A DNA stretch of 62,019 bases, counting the filler. It is 7 parts of 7 records of this genome, joined end to end, with 100 filler letters (N's around TTAATTAATTAA, not from the genome) between each part and the next. Parts side by side here need not be neighbours in the genome. Positions count along the whole stretch, not along the records: positions 40,664 to 55,592 come from SRR20825010_6836; positions 55,693 to 62,019 come from SRR20825010_6838; 5 more parts are not named here. The stretch is one strand, 5' to 3'. Below, piece after piece: positions 50,439 through 60,413 of this stretch (within the stretch, counting starts at the first letter, position 1; every line of letters starts with the position of its first letter). The translations under genes and the position numbers were made by a program. Under the pieces are notes generated by a model. The model did not search any database. It was not told where the DNA came from and saw only the letters and a program-made list of their open reading frames with translations.

Positions 50439-50734
50439 TGGCCAAAAGACGAAACGAATATATTTCATTAAGTGATGCACTGAAAGAATTTGTAAATGAA
50501 AACAAATTAGAGACAGGCATGGATAAAGTGGACGTTCGAAACGCTTGGCAAAACCTTATGGGAAACGGCGTAAACAACTACACCACACAAGTGCAATTAA
50601 AGCAAGACACGCTCTATGTCTCTTTATCCTCCTCTGTGTTACGCCAAGAATTAAGCTATGGAAAGGAAAAAATTGTAAAGATGTTAAATGACGAATTAGG
50701 CAAAGAAATTGTAAAAAGTATTGTTTTAAGATAA
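50438..50734 (+). CDS. DUF721/DciA-family protein
   Basis: AWQNLMG, LYVSLSSSVLRQEL; recF neighbourhood. Confidence 0.85.
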   Translation: MAKRRNEYISLSDALKEFVNENKLETGMDKVDVRNAWQNLMGNGVNNYTTQVQLKQDTLYVSLSSSVLRQELSYGKEKIVKMLNDELGKEIVKSIVLR

Positions 50735-50958
50735 GCAAATAATCTCTCTGGATAAAGACGTAAGACCGCTTCGCTACAGAAAAAAGAGCAAATACTAAAT
50801 TGTAACTATCATAAAATGATGGCATCTAAAGTACATTTTCATCTCTATTTTTAATAGCAAAAGAGATATATTCCTGAAATTTTTCTCAAACCTTTGCCAT
50901 TAATAAAGTTTCAATATGTAAACTTCCTCTTACTAGACAATGGTGTTTTGATATCACA

Positions 50959-50997
50959 AAAAAAGCTCCATTTTTCAAAAGAAAATGGAGCTTTTTT
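50959..50997. terminator. Bidirectional intrinsic terminator after ndk
   Basis: AAAAAAGCTCCATTTT...AAAATGGAGCTTTTTT. Confidence 0.85.
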
Positions 50998-51015
50998 ATA
51001 ATTATACTTTTTTGC

Positions 51016-51435
51016 TTAGAAAATCTCTCTTCCAGAAAAGTGGAAAGAACCTTCTATAGCAGCATTTTCATCGCTATCAGAACCATGAACTGCATTTTCT
51101 CCAATAGAAGTTGCAAATAATTTACGGATAGTTCCTTCTGCAGCTTCTTCTGGATTAGTAGCACCAATTAAGGTTCTAAAATCGTCCACAGCATTATCTT
51201 TTTCTAAGATTGCTGCAACAATTGGACCGCTAGTCATAAATTCTACTAATTCTCCAAAGAACGGACGCTCACTGTGAATTGCGTAAAACTGCTCTGCATC
51301 ACGCTTACTTAACTGCGTATACTTCATTGCTACGATATTAAACCCTGAAGCAGTAATTTTTTCAAGAATAGCCCCGATGTGTCCGTTTTTTACAGCATCT
51401 GGCTTAATCATTGTAAATGTTCTGTTTGTTGCCAT
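51016..51435 (-). CDS. ndk: Nucleoside diphosphate kinase
   Basis: [20 protein letters not shown]. Confidence 0.97.
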   Translation of the reverse strand: MATNRTFTMIKPDAVKNGHIGAILEKITASGFNIVAMKYTQLSKRDAEQFYAIHSERPFFGELVEFMTSGPIVAAILEKDNAVDDFRTLIGATNPEEAAEGTIRKLFATSIGENAVHGSDSDENAAIEGSFHFSGREIF

Positions 51436-51586
51436 TTCTTTTAAATCAAATTTTGCAATTTTATAGTTAATTGCACATTAACAAACGCCCTTTTTGGGCT
51501 TTTTTAATTTTGCCGCAAAAGTAAGGGTTTTATTTGACTTATTCCCATAGGAAACACAAAATACGTATTCTAACCGTATATTCTCC

Positions 51587-52615
51587 CTAATACCCTTGTT
51601 CTAATTGGTTTAAAACCTTATTTCCATCGCCTCTCATCTCCATTTTTACATGATAATTTTTCATATTCAATTTTAACAAACCGAAACTTTTTACTTTTAC
51701 TACTTCGCCTACTCTGTAAGGGTTTTCTTCTCCTGAATAAGCTTCATACGTATGTGTAAGTCCGCTAGAAGTAAAATCTATTATAGGATACGCTAAATCG
51801 CTTATATTAATTTCCGAAAACTCAGAAATATGTCGGTCGCCAGATAATAATATAACTCGTTTTGCATTGCTTGTTTTTATAAGCTTAAAAAGTTTTTCTA
51901 CCTCACTCGGAAAATTCCCCCAAGCTTCAAATCCATGTTTATTAGAGAGCACCTGTATACTACTTACAATAATATTAAAAGCTGCTGTAGAATTAGTAAG
52001 TTCGTTAGCAAGCCATTGCCATTGTTTGTTTCCCAATATTGTACCTACCCCCGCTGGATTTGGCATATACCGATTGCCACTATCTCCTAAATTTTTTGTA
52101 AGTGGAGATCTAAAATAACGCGTATCTAAAAGTATTACTTTTACATCTCCAGCCTTTGTTTTATATGTTTTAGAACTGTAAACCCCTTCTTGTTTTCTCC
52201 TTGGATCATATTTTGGGACATTCATAAAATTAAGAAACAACTCCTGCGCTTTTTCTTTCATCTCCCAATCGGCACCACCATCGCCTAAACCATAATCGTG
52301 GTCGTCCCAGGTACCAATAACATCCATTGACTTTACAATTGCCTTATAGCCATCTTGATACCGCTGCTCTTCATAGTCTTTTCTCATTTGGCGAAAATCA
52401 TCAGTATCTGAATAAATATTATCGCCTCCCCAAATCCAAACAGCAGGATTATTCAATAAAACATCATCCCATAATACGTTTTCTTCGTCTTGCTTATTAC
52501 AAGATCCAAAAGCAATGACAAAATCATCTCCTTGCAAGGGATAAATAGATGTTTTAGCTGTTTTACATCCGCAGCAAAGAATAGCTACACATAACGCAAC
52601 AAAAATTACACGCAT
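51587..52615 (-). CDS. phoD: PhoD-family alkaline phosphatase lipoprotein
   Basis: FGSC, GDNIY, WDDHD, LDTR, SGDRH. Confidence 0.88.
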   Translation of the reverse strand: MRVIFVALCVAILCCGCKTAKTSIYPLQGDDFVIAFGSCNKQDEENVLWDDVLLNNPAVWIWGGDNIYSDTDDFRQMRKDYEEQRYQDGYKAIVKSMDVIGTWDDHDYGLGDGGADWEMKEKAQELFLNFMNVPKYDPRRKQEGVYSSKTYKTKAGDVKVILLDTRYFRSPLTKNLGDSGNRYMPNPAGVGTILGNKQWQWLANELTNSTAAFNIIVSSIQVLSNKHGFEAWGNFPSEVEKLFKLIKTSNAKRVILLSGDRHISEFSEINISDLAYPIIDFTSSGLTHTYEAYSGEENPYRVGEVVKVKSFGLLKLNMKNYHVKMEMRGDGNKVLNQLEQGY

Positions 52616-52689
52616 AAATATAGTTTAAGACTACAAATGTACTATTCCTTTTTTAAGTATTATATTATTAAATTGTATATTAGCCGACC

Positions 52690-53703
52690 ATGGAAGAAAC
52701 GCAAATAAAAGAATTAAAAACACTCCTATCTACTCCAAAAAAGATAGTGATAATACCGCATAAAAACCCAGATGGGGATGCTATTGGGTCTTGCTTAGGA
52801 CTCTATCATTATTTAACACAATACAAGCATGACCTCAGTATTGTAGCACCTAATGAGTATCCTGAATTTTTAAAATGGATGCCAGGAGAAAGTAATATTA
52901 TAAAATATGAATACCAAACAGAATTGGCTTCTCAAAAAATAAAAGAAGCTGAATTGGTTTTTACTTTAGATTTTAATTCTTTAAGCAGAATTGACGATGT
53001 TGCAAATGCATTAGAAAGTTTTAAGGGGGATTATATTATGATAGACCACCATCAAGCCCCCGACGATTATGCGCGTTTTATGTATTCTGATACTTCAATG
53101 AGTAGTACTTGTGAGATGGTCTATAATTTTATTGATTTTTTTAAAGACACCAATAAAATTACTGCCGAAATAGCTAGTTGTTTATACGCTGGAATTATGA
53201 CTGACACAGGTTCTTTTAGGTTTCCATCAACCACTAGTAATACGCACAGAATTATTGCCAACCTAATAGATAAAGGGGCAGAAAATTCATACATCCATAA
53301 TGCTATTTTTGACAGCAATTCCATTGATAAATTACATTTATTGGGTTGTGCCTTAAAAAATTTAGTAGCATTACCAGCATACAACACCGTTTACATTACC
53401 CTTTCTAGAGAGGAATTACAGCAGTACAATTATAAAAAAGGTGACACCGAGGGTTTTGTAAACTACGGACTCTCATTACAAGGCGTAAAATTTGCTGTTA
53501 TTTTTATTGAAAGTGTACAAGAAGATATCGTAAAAATTTCGCTTCGTTCTAAAGGCGATTTTTCTGTAAATGAATTCTCTAGAAGTCATTTTCAAGGAGG
53601 CGGACACAATAATGCGGCTGGAGGAAAAAGCGACTTATCGTTAACTGAAACCACCAAATATTTTGAATCTGTTTTAAAAGATTATAAATCTCAATTACAA
53701 TGA
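52690..53703 (+). CDS. nrnA: Oligoribonuclease/pAp phosphatase NrnA (DHH/DHHA1)
   Basis: HKNPDGDA, IDHH, DTGSF, SLRS, GGGH. Confidence 0.88.
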   Translation: MEETQIKELKTLLSTPKKIVIIPHKNPDGDAIGSCLGLYHYLTQYKHDLSIVAPNEYPEFLKWMPGESNIIKYEYQTELASQKIKEAELVFTLDFNSLSRIDDVANALESFKGDYIMIDHHQAPDDYARFMYSDTSMSSTCEMVYNFIDFFKDTNKITAEIASCLYAGIMTDTGSFRFPSTTSNTHRIIANLIDKGAENSYIHNAIFDSNSIDKLHLLGCALKNLVALPAYNTVYITLSREELQQYNYKKGDTEGFVNYGLSLQGVKFAVIFIESVQEDIVKISLRSKGDFSVNEFSRSHFQGGGHNNAAGGKSDLSLTETTKYFESVLKDYKSQLQ

Positions 53704-54272
53704 TAAAAACCTACGTCCCATTACTTGCCATTGTATTATTATTTATGGCCTGCAAACAACCCGAAGCCCGGAGACCAGTAAGTGTAAAATCGGGGTCGTT
53801 TATGAGAGCTTCTATTGAAAGAAATAAAGGCCTTTTAGAATATGAAGAATCTTTAATAGATAGTATAATCAAAATAGATTCTTTAAATAAATACCACTCT
53901 TCTTCCAATGGATATTCTTATTATTTTATAACTAGAGATTCCACACAAAGCTACCTTCCAAAAGAAGGAGATGTTGTTAAAATAAACTATGATATTCGCA
54001 CCCTTGCCGAAGATACTATTTATTCTAGCCAAGAAATTGGAATTGTAGACTTTAAAGTAGACAAAGAAGACTATTTCCCTGGTTTAAGAACAGCTGTTAA
54101 ATTATTAAAAAAGGGAGAAAAAGCCACTTTTTTATTCCCATCTTCCTTAGCTTATGGCTACCATGGAGATGATGATAAAGTAGGTACTAATCAGACCATA
54201 AAAAGTACAATTACATTATTGGATATCGATCAAAAAGCTATTGATAGCACAAATACTACTTCAAAAGAATAA
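53700..54272 (+). CDS. gldI: Gliding motility FKBP-type PPIase lipoprotein GldI
   Basis: Lipobox [22 protein letters not shown]. Confidence 0.85.
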   Translation: MIKTYVPLLAIVLLFMACKQPEARRPVSVKSGSFMRASIERNKGLLEYEESLIDSIIKIDSLNKYHSSSNGYSYYFITRDSTQSYLPKEGDVVKINYDIRTLAEDTIYSSQEIGIVDFKVDKEDYFPGLRTAVKLLKKGEKATFLFPSSLAYGYHGDDDKVGTNQTIKSTITLLDIDQKAIDSTNTTSKE

Positions 54273-54306
54273 TTATAATAAAACAATCAATTTTAATATG
54301 TATACA

Positions 54307-55422
54307 ATGAAAAAATTAAGTTTCATTTTTATCCTAGCTGCCGTACTAGTTTCGTGCTCTACCTCTAAATACCCTGACTTAGGAGATGGTTTATATGCAG
54401 ATATTCAAACCAACAAAGGAGATATGGTAGTTAAGCTTTTCTATAAACAAACCCCAGTTACTGTAGGTAATTTTGTTAGTTTAGCTGAAGGAACAAACAC
54501 TTACGTTATAGATTCTTTAAAAGGAAAACCTTATTATGATGGCGTTATTTTCCACAGAGTTATAAAGGATTTTATGATTCAAGGAGGAGATCCAACTGGA
54601 ACAGGAAGTGGAAATCCAGGCTACAAATTTAAAGATGAATTTGTAGATTCTTTAAAACACGATAAAAAGGGAATCCTTTCTATGGCGAATGCAGGTCCTA
54701 AAACAAATGGGAGTCAGTTTTTTATTACCCATAAAGAAACTCCTTTCTTAAATGGAAAGCATACTGTTTTTGGAGAAGTTGTAGAAGGTTTAGCTGTTGT
54801 AGATACCATTGCAAATGTAAAAACCTCTCAAGATCCAATGACGAGAGATAGACCAATTGATTCTGTAATAATTAAGCATATTGAGATTATTAGAAACGGA
54901 AAAGACGCTAAAGGTTTTGATGCTGCTAAAGTATTTGCTGCTTCTTTTGCTGAAGCTGCCGAAGCCAAAAAGGCAATCGAAAAAACTAAAAGTGATATCG
55001 CTGCCGAGTTTGCTGCTCAAAAAGAAAAAGCAGAAACTGCAGATTCTGGACTAAAATATCTTATGATTAAAGAAGGGGATGGAGAAAAACCTAAAGTAGG
55101 AAAAACTGCTCTTGTAGAATATACTGGGTATTTTGAAGATGGAAATGTTTTTGACACAAGCTCTTTAGAAATTGCCGAGAAATTTGGCAACGTAAATCCC
55201 GCAAAAAGAGACCGAGGAATGTACCAACCTGCTCCAATGCCTATCAGTCCAGATGCAACTATAATTCCTGGATTCAAAGAAGGATTAATGATGTTAAAAG
55301 TTGGAGATAAAGTTAGGTTATTTATCCCTTCCTATTTAGCGTATGGAGAAGCTGGATATGGGCCTATTGCTCCAAATACTGACTTGGTATTCGATTTAGA
55401 AATGGTTGGTATCCAAGAATAA
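54307..55422 (+). CDS. Dual cyclophilin + FKBP peptidyl-prolyl isomerase lipoprotein
   Basis: Lipobox [30 protein letters not shown]-terminal [16 protein letters not shown]. Confidence 0.92.
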   Translation: MKKLSFIFILAAVLVSCSTSKYPDLGDGLYADIQTNKGDMVVKLFYKQTPVTVGNFVSLAEGTNTYVIDSLKGKPYYDGVIFHRVIKDFMIQGGDPTGTGSGNPGYKFKDEFVDSLKHDKKGILSMANAGPKTNGSQFFITHKETPFLNGKHTVFGEVVEGLAVVDTIANVKTSQDPMTRDRPIDSVIIKHIEIIRNGKDAKGFDAAKVFAASFAEAAEAKKAIEKTKSDIAAEFAAQKEKAETADSGLKYLMIKEGDGEKPKVGKTALVEYTGYFEDGNVFDTSSLEIAEKFGNVNPAKRDRGMYQPAPMPISPDATIIPGFKEGLMMLKVGDKVRLFIPSYLAYGEAGYGPIAPNTDLVFDLEMVGIQE

Positions 55423-55423
55423 A

Positions 55424-55545
55424 ATAAACTACCTCAAGGCAGGCCTGCGAGGTATTCAAAGGGAAATAATTTAATCCTCTTCGACGTAGAGCCTTCGGCA
55501 AACATAGGACAGGCTCTGGGAATAAAACCCTCAATGAAGATTTAA
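55424..55545 (+). repeat. Flavobacterial REP/MITE-like intergenic repeat
   Basis: TACCTC..GAGGTA hairpin plus GAGCCTTCGGCAAACATAGGACAGGCTC hairpin shared with 40664. Confidence 0.7.
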
Positions 55546-55592
55546 GCTTCAGCTTTATTTACAAAAAACAACCCCGAAGATTATATAATCTT

Positions 55593-55692
55593 NNNNNNNN
55601 NNNNNNNNNNNNNNNNNNNNNNNNNNNNNNNNNNNNTTAATTAATTAANNNNNNNNNNNNNNNNNNNNNNNNNNNNNNNNNNNNNNNNNNNN
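55593..55692. other. Artificial contig spacer
   Basis: N44-TTAATTAATTAA-N44. Confidence 0.99.
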
Positions 55693-55737
55693 TTTGAATT
55701 CCCGAAGATCGTCTGTGGTAATGATACTTGTTGGCAT
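55693..55737 (-). CDS. 5' end of an ICE excisionase-like HTH protein
   Basis: MPTSIITTDDLREFK, resembling the N-terminus of flavobacterial ICE HTH_17 proteins; lies downstream of rteC. Confidence 0.65.
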
Positions 55738-55860
55738 AATAGAACGGTTTTAAAAGAAAGAGGCTACCAAATTGCTTTAAGCTAATTTGATAGCCCCTCG
55801 CAGGATTTGACTTTCGTTCTACAAATTTGGATATGTTTATTGGATTTTATTCCCCATTAC

Positions 55861-55875
55861 GACCGTAGTACGGTC
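55861..55875. promoter_or_regulatory. Palindrome upstream of the xis-like gene (copy 1; copy 2 at 56001-56013)
   Basis: GACCGTA-G-TACGGTC; CCGTAGTACGGTC repeated. Confidence 0.6.
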
Positions 55876-56047
55876 AAAATTTAACATATTGAAATTTGAT
55901 TGATTATGGTGGTTTTTGAGGCCTGTTTGAGGAAGACAATAGATTAAAAGATGCCAAATTAAATGGAGAATCTTAAAAAAGTAGAATTTCGGTAGGTCGT
56001 CCGTAGTACGGTCTTATTTTAACAGACTCTGAAAAGATGTGGAAAGG

Positions 56048-56881
56048 TTATTCTTCGCTCTTGTCCATCCCAAAAAGAAGAGAGGTCGCCATTTTGTCAA
56101 GAAATATAGTCCTGCTGTGTTTCCGGTTCTTCATATCCCCGAAGCTTTTATATATATCTGTGGATTCCCGATCAAATATTTCCTGAAGCTTTTGCGACAC
56201 CTGAATGATGCTCAGACCTTTTTGCCTCAGACCGGTAAACCATAGAGCATAAATTAATTCCGCCCAATCCATATTCGAAAAAGGCCAGGGAATTTTTTCC
56301 GTAGGAGTATCATAAAGTGTTTTTCCGTTGGAATTGTTTTTAATACAGGACATTCGCTTATCCAAATAAACAACTAGGGAATTATACGCTTTAAATCTAC
56401 CTAAAAGCATATCTCTTGGTGTAGAAAAATCAGGATCTTGAAAATAGAAATTTGAAGTGGTTATATAGTAGGTGTCGAGATATTTCCGGGTGTAATATTC
56501 TTTATCAAAATGAGTAGCGTTAGAGTTGATATATTGCCCGAAATCAATGTTATACAGGAAGAATCGGTTAAGCCTTTTAATTTTCTTTTTTATGAATTTT
56601 AATTGGGCTTTTTTATCGGCTTTCGGAAACTGAATTTCTAAAGAGTGGATTTCTGAGAAGTAAATAAGCTGTACAAGGGGGACTTGTTTGATATTTTTGA
56701 AGAAATCTATTTCTTCTTCCTGAGAGTTAAGGCCATGTAATATTATTTCTTTTTTGAGCTTATGTAGTAAGTTGCGGCATAATTCAATGGAATGATAGGC
56801 CCTGCTCAAAATATTTTCATTTTGGAGCTTCAATTCATGCAATTTCTGAATGAGTATTTCCGATTCCAACTGTAAATCCAT
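56048..56881 (-). CDS. rteC: RteC-domain ICE regulator
   Basis: EEIDFFKNIK, DPDFST, W..S..D.AELIYAL, KNRK.SRT.FLD. Confidence 0.88.
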   Translation of the reverse strand: MDLQLESEILIQKLHELKLQNENILSRAYHSIELCRNLLHKLKKEIILHGLNSQEEEIDFFKNIKQVPLVQLIYFSEIHSLEIQFPKADKKAQLKFIKKKIKRLNRFFLYNIDFGQYINSNATHFDKEYYTRKYLDTYYITTSNFYFQDPDFSTPRDMLLGRFKAYNSLVVYLDKRMSCIKNNSNGKTLYDTPTEKIPWPFSNMDWAELIYALWFTGLRQKGLSIIQVSQKLQEIFDRESTDIYKSFGDMKNRKHSRTIFLDKMATSLLFGMDKSEE

Positions 56882-57007
56882 TACCAATCATTTTACAGGT
56901 TATTTTTTGAAAAAGTACCATTTCAGGCATGTACAGCTTAGAAAAGCAAAAGCGGCAGCCTTACTTCTAAGGTAATTTCACCAATACAGAATTCTTGAAA
57001 TATATTG

Positions 57008-57042
57008 CGTATTTAGCTACGAAAAGTCCGTATTTATGTACG
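57008..57042. promoter_or_regulatory. Two tandem CGTA-N6-TACG boxes upstream of rteC
   Basis: CGTATTTAGCTACG and CGTATTTATGTACG, 21-bp period. Confidence 0.6.
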
Positions 57043-57124
57043 GAACATAAGGAGGGAATACTTTAATTGAGGTTTTTATCGCTACTTTGTTATCAGAGTT
57101 TAGAAAAAACCGGGTTGTTGTATA

Positions 57125-58039
57125 TTATGGGTTTTTGTGGAAGCGTGATAAAAATTCTTTTCTGCCATTTACTCCCGTTTTCTTAAAGATGTTGGAGGCA
57201 TGTTTAGATACAGTGCTCTCGGCGATATAAAGATCTTTGGCAATTTTTTTATAGGAAAGATTATTTAAAATCGATACTGCAATCTCGACTTCCCTTCTGG
57301 TTAAATTCTGATAGATAATTTTTGTATTAATTGGATCATCTTTTTGCCCTTTATTAAATGCAAAAACTTCATATACAATATTTTTATTTTTTAGGAAATA
57401 TAGATATCTATTGATCTCAATGGCTGTTATTGCATAAAATGCCAGATTCATTACCGAAAATGTCAGCCATTGGTAATCCCCAATTACGGTCAAAATAGGT
57501 AAGAGTACAATACAGCTAATACTTATTAGCGCCAATTTTTTTCGCTTTGAAAAGAATGTATTGGAATCCTTTAGGTTTGAAATCCTTCTATAAAACAGCC
57601 CGAGGAAGATAAATGCTATGATTGATATGGGAATAGTAAACAAGATTCTGGCAGAATTCAAGGAATTTGTTAGAAAATAGGGGATTAAAAATAACAGGAT
57701 AAAACTGCTAATTACCAAAATGGCTATATTTATAAAAGACGCACGGAATTTCAAAAAAATAATATCATAATCTTTGAACAGGTAATAAATCATATATAGG
57801 CATAATGCAATGGCAACCCCATAAGTAATAATGTACTGGAGAATAAGTGGATCGGTTAAATTTTCAATAGGCAAAAATCCCCCGGTGGCATTGTAAGCGA
57901 TGTACAGGAGGCCGAGAATTATATATCTGTGGAAACTAAGGTGCTTAAGATTAATGTTTGCAATGGTAGCAATAACTACAATAAAAGTATCTATCAGCAG
58001 GTAAAAAAAGGTGGTCCAATGTATTGAGGTGCCGAACAT
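57125..58039 (-). CDS. Multi-TM sensor fused to a LuxR-type HTH
   Basis: About 7 TM helices; LTRREVEIA..YKKIAKDLYIAESTVSKHASNIFKK. Confidence 0.9.
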   Translation of the reverse strand: MFGTSIHWTTFFYLLIDTFIVVIATIANINLKHLSFHRYIILGLLYIAYNATGGFLPIENLTDPLILQYIITYGVAIALCLYMIYYLFKDYDIIFLKFRASFINIAILVISSFILLFLIPYFLTNSLNSARILFTIPISIIAFIFLGLFYRRISNLKDSNTFFSKRKKLALISISCIVLLPILTVIGDYQWLTFSVMNLAFYAITAIEINRYLYFLKNKNIVYEVFAFNKGQKDDPINTKIIYQNLTRREVEIAVSILNNLSYKKIAKDLYIAESTVSKHASNIFKKTGVNGRKEFLSRFHKNP

Positions 58040-58041
58040 TT

Positions 58042-58533
58042 TTATTCATTTTTAGGCTCAAACTTGTTTGATTCCAGATTTTTGGTAACATTGCTCCAAT
58101 GAAAAATCCTGCCATTCATAACCACATAAACATCAGGTTTTAAAAATTGTAAAGCGCAGATTGCATAGCCTAAATTGAATGGAGCATCGGTGTTTGCAGA
58201 TGATCCTAAAATAAAGGAGCCGACAAGGACGATAGTCTTTTTAAGTTCTTCCTTTCCAAAATAAGTCGCGGTATCTTCCATAGTAAAAGTCCCATGGGTT
58301 ATTAAAATTTTTTCTGCATTGGAAGCTTTTATTTTTTTTAACAAAAAATTCCTGTCTTCATCGGTAATTGATCGGCTATCCTTAGAAAATGCCCTTTCGA
58401 TAATATAGGGAAACGAGACATTGGCCAGGTCAAGAAATTCTCTAATCGCTATTTCGCTTTGCTCTGTTTTATTTTCTTGGTTTTCATAATCCAAGCCTTC
58501 AATGGTTCCTCCTGTTCTAATAATATGTATCAT
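58042..58533 (-). CDS. Short asparaginase N-domain protein
   Basis: TGGTI, DSRSI, THGT, DAPFNLG. Confidence 0.85.
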   Translation of the reverse strand: MIHIIRTGGTIEGLDYENQENKTEQSEIAIREFLDLANVSFPYIIERAFSKDSRSITDEDRNFLLKKIKASNAEKILITHGTFTMEDTATYFGKEELKKTIVLVGSFILGSSANTDAPFNLGYAICALQFLKPDVYVVMNGRIFHWSNVTKNLESNKFEPKNE

Positions 58534-58553
58534 AATTTTATTTTTTATAGAAA

Positions 58554-58721
58554 TTAATGTTTATGGATATTCCCTTTTAACACAAAATAATAAAGCAGAA
58601 ATGAAGCAATAAACAGAAGAATAAGGACAATAATTGCCTTGACCTTTTCCTTTTTTGTGAATTGTTTTTTAGATGGGTTTTGATTTTTTTTCTTTCTTCT
58701 GTTTCTTCTACTTAGAGACAT
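58554..58721 (-). CDS. 55-aa basic single-TM protein (below the ORF-track cutoff)
   Basis: MSLSRRNRRKKKNQNPSKKQFTKKEKVKAIIVLILLFIASFLLYYFVLKGNIHKH*. Confidence 0.6.
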   Translation of the reverse strand: MSLSRRNRRKKKNQNPSKKQFTKKEKVKAIIVLILLFIASFLLYYFVLKGNIHKH

Positions 58722-58974
58722 CCTGTTGTACTATTTTTAATTTATTTTCTATAAACGGATTGCTTTGAGAACGGCCAAGAAAGCTACGCCCACATTGGCA
58801 AATACGGTTTTAAAAAACCACCTAAGACTTAAAGCCGAATGGCAGAGTTATATTGTACCAAAAGCCACCTAGTTTTTCTGAAAAGATCCACTTTTAGAAA
58901 TTTGCTAATTTTTCAGAAAATAACTTTCCAGGGTATTAAAATCTAGTATATTTCATTAAAAGTTATCTCTACCA

Positions 58975-59796
58975 TTATTTTAAAATAAGTACAGGAACTT
59001 CTGATTTGAAAATCATTTTCCGTCTCAGCCCTAGTTCAGTTAGTTTTTCTATAAAGTCATGTTTCCTGTAAAGTAGCGCCAAAATATCTATGGTATTATC
59101 TTTCAAAAAACCGGTTATTTTATCTTCAGTTTTCCCTTCGGAAAAAAGGTGAACAGAAATATTCTGCAGATTAAAAAACTCCTCATAATAGTTTTCTATC
59201 TCCTGTTCTTTAATAACTTCATCTTTACTTTTAGCAAAATGAAATATAAAAAGGCGTGCGTTAAATGCCTTTAGTAGATCAGCCAGAACCTTTAGTTCCC
59301 TATCAGGTTTCAGATTATCTGAATCCAGCGCCAGACAAATTCTTTTTAAACCAAAAGTTTCTAAATCTTCAGGTACAACCAGCACAGGGCAGGGTACATC
59401 CTTGCTCACTTTTTCACTGGTAGTTCCTGCAAGGTAACCTTCTACCTCACCTGCACCTTCTGTCCCCATAATTATCAAACTTGCTTTTTCTTCTGTTGCT
59501 AATTGATAAATTATATCTGAAGGTCTTCCTGGGGCTACCATACTCTTATATTTTATTGTCGCCAGACGTGGAAAATTTTCGAGAAATTCCAGCATTTTTT
59601 CTTTGTACAATTTCTGATAAGAACTAAAGTTGTCGGGAACCGGATAAACTATAGCCCCATATCCGGCATATTGATAACCTTCAGAATAGGCATGAACAAA
59701 GATAATTTCTGAATTTAAAGATTCGGCCACCTTTGTGGCATACTCAACTCCAATTTTGGAACTTTGACTAAAATCAATTGGAACTATTATTTTCAT
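58975..59796 (-). CDS. Universal stress protein (tandem USP)
   Basis: IIVPIDFS, IIMGTEG, GTTSEKV..PCPVLVVP. Confidence 0.92.
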   Translation of the reverse strand: MKIIVPIDFSQSSKIGVEYATKVAESLNSEIIFVHAYSEGYQYAGYGAIVYPVPDNFSSYQKLYKEKMLEFLENFPRLATIKYKSMVAPGRPSDIIYQLATEEKASLIIMGTEGAGEVEGYLAGTTSEKVSKDVPCPVLVVPEDLETFGLKRICLALDSDNLKPDRELKVLADLLKAFNARLFIFHFAKSKDEVIKEQEIENYYEEFFNLQNISVHLFSEGKTEDKITGFLKDNTIDILALLYRKHDFIEKLTELGLRRKMIFKSEVPVLILK

Positions 59797-59852
59797 GGTT
59801 TTTTAATTTAATTATACATTCAGTTTTTTAATTAATTATTTAAATAAAAGGT

Positions 59853-60209
59853 TTATTGTTTAATCCACTTTTTGGCAATTTCCTTTTCCTCTAAGTCAAA
59901 ATATTTTACTTCAGCATTGGTAAAAGGTTTCATGAACTTTGTAATCCAGTCCTGCCATTTTTTATCACCTACCATGGCGATTTTTTCATAATCTTTTGCG
60001 TGGGCAGTATCCATTTTTAGATCTTCCCACAGGCCTGGAAAATCCCAGCCGGTAAAATTCTCCATTTCAAAATACCAGCGTACGTTTAATCCTTTGTCCA
60101 AAATAGCATGAATAATGGGATGTACCTTCTCAATATCCATTTCGGATAAATCTCCCGATGCTCTGGTTGCAATAATATTATCTCCTGAAATCTCTATAAT
60201 TTGTAACAT
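59853..60209 (-). CDS. STAS/SEC14 (SpoIIAA-like) protein
   Basis: FTGWD, EKIAMVGD..W, AKKWI. Confidence 0.85.
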   Translation of the reverse strand: MLQIIEISGDNIIATRASGDLSEMDIEKVHPIIHAILDKGLNVRWYFEMENFTGWDFPGLWEDLKMDTAHAKDYEKIAMVGDKKWQDWITKFMKPFTNAEVKYFDLEEKEIAKKWIKQ

Positions 60210-60227
60210 ATCTATTTTTATTAATTA

Positions 60228-60404
60228 TTAACCGCCTAAATCGTAAAACCATTCTTCAGCTTTCATAATTCCTTCTTTTATGGCATTTCCCTTAGTATAA
60301 TTCTTTTCTATAACCAGACTTTTAGCAATTTCCAGGGCTTTTTCCTTCACTGCAGGATGGAGGCCATCCAAACTGGTTTTAAATTCTTCAAAGGTCCATT
60401 CCAT
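60228..60404 (-). CDS. 58-aa helical protein, paralogue of 61749-61934
   Basis: MEWTFEEFKTSLDGLHPAVKEKALEIAKSLVIEKNYTKGNAIKEGIMKAEEWFYDLGG*. Confidence 0.75.
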   Translation of the reverse strand: MEWTFEEFKTSLDGLHPAVKEKALEIAKSLVIEKNYTKGNAIKEGIMKAEEWFYDLGG

Positions 60405-60413
60405 AGCTTCATT

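Noticed and set aside
50556-50825. 89-aa minus-strand ORF
   Set aside because: Antisense to the DUF721 gene with no coding features
54307-55422. Cyclophilin-FKBP fusion as a novelty
   Set aside because: Dual-family PPIases next to gldI are already known in Flavobacteria
58554-58721. Suspected homopolymer frameshift in the small basic membrane ORF
   Set aside because: Recounting the A runs shows an intact 55-codon frame
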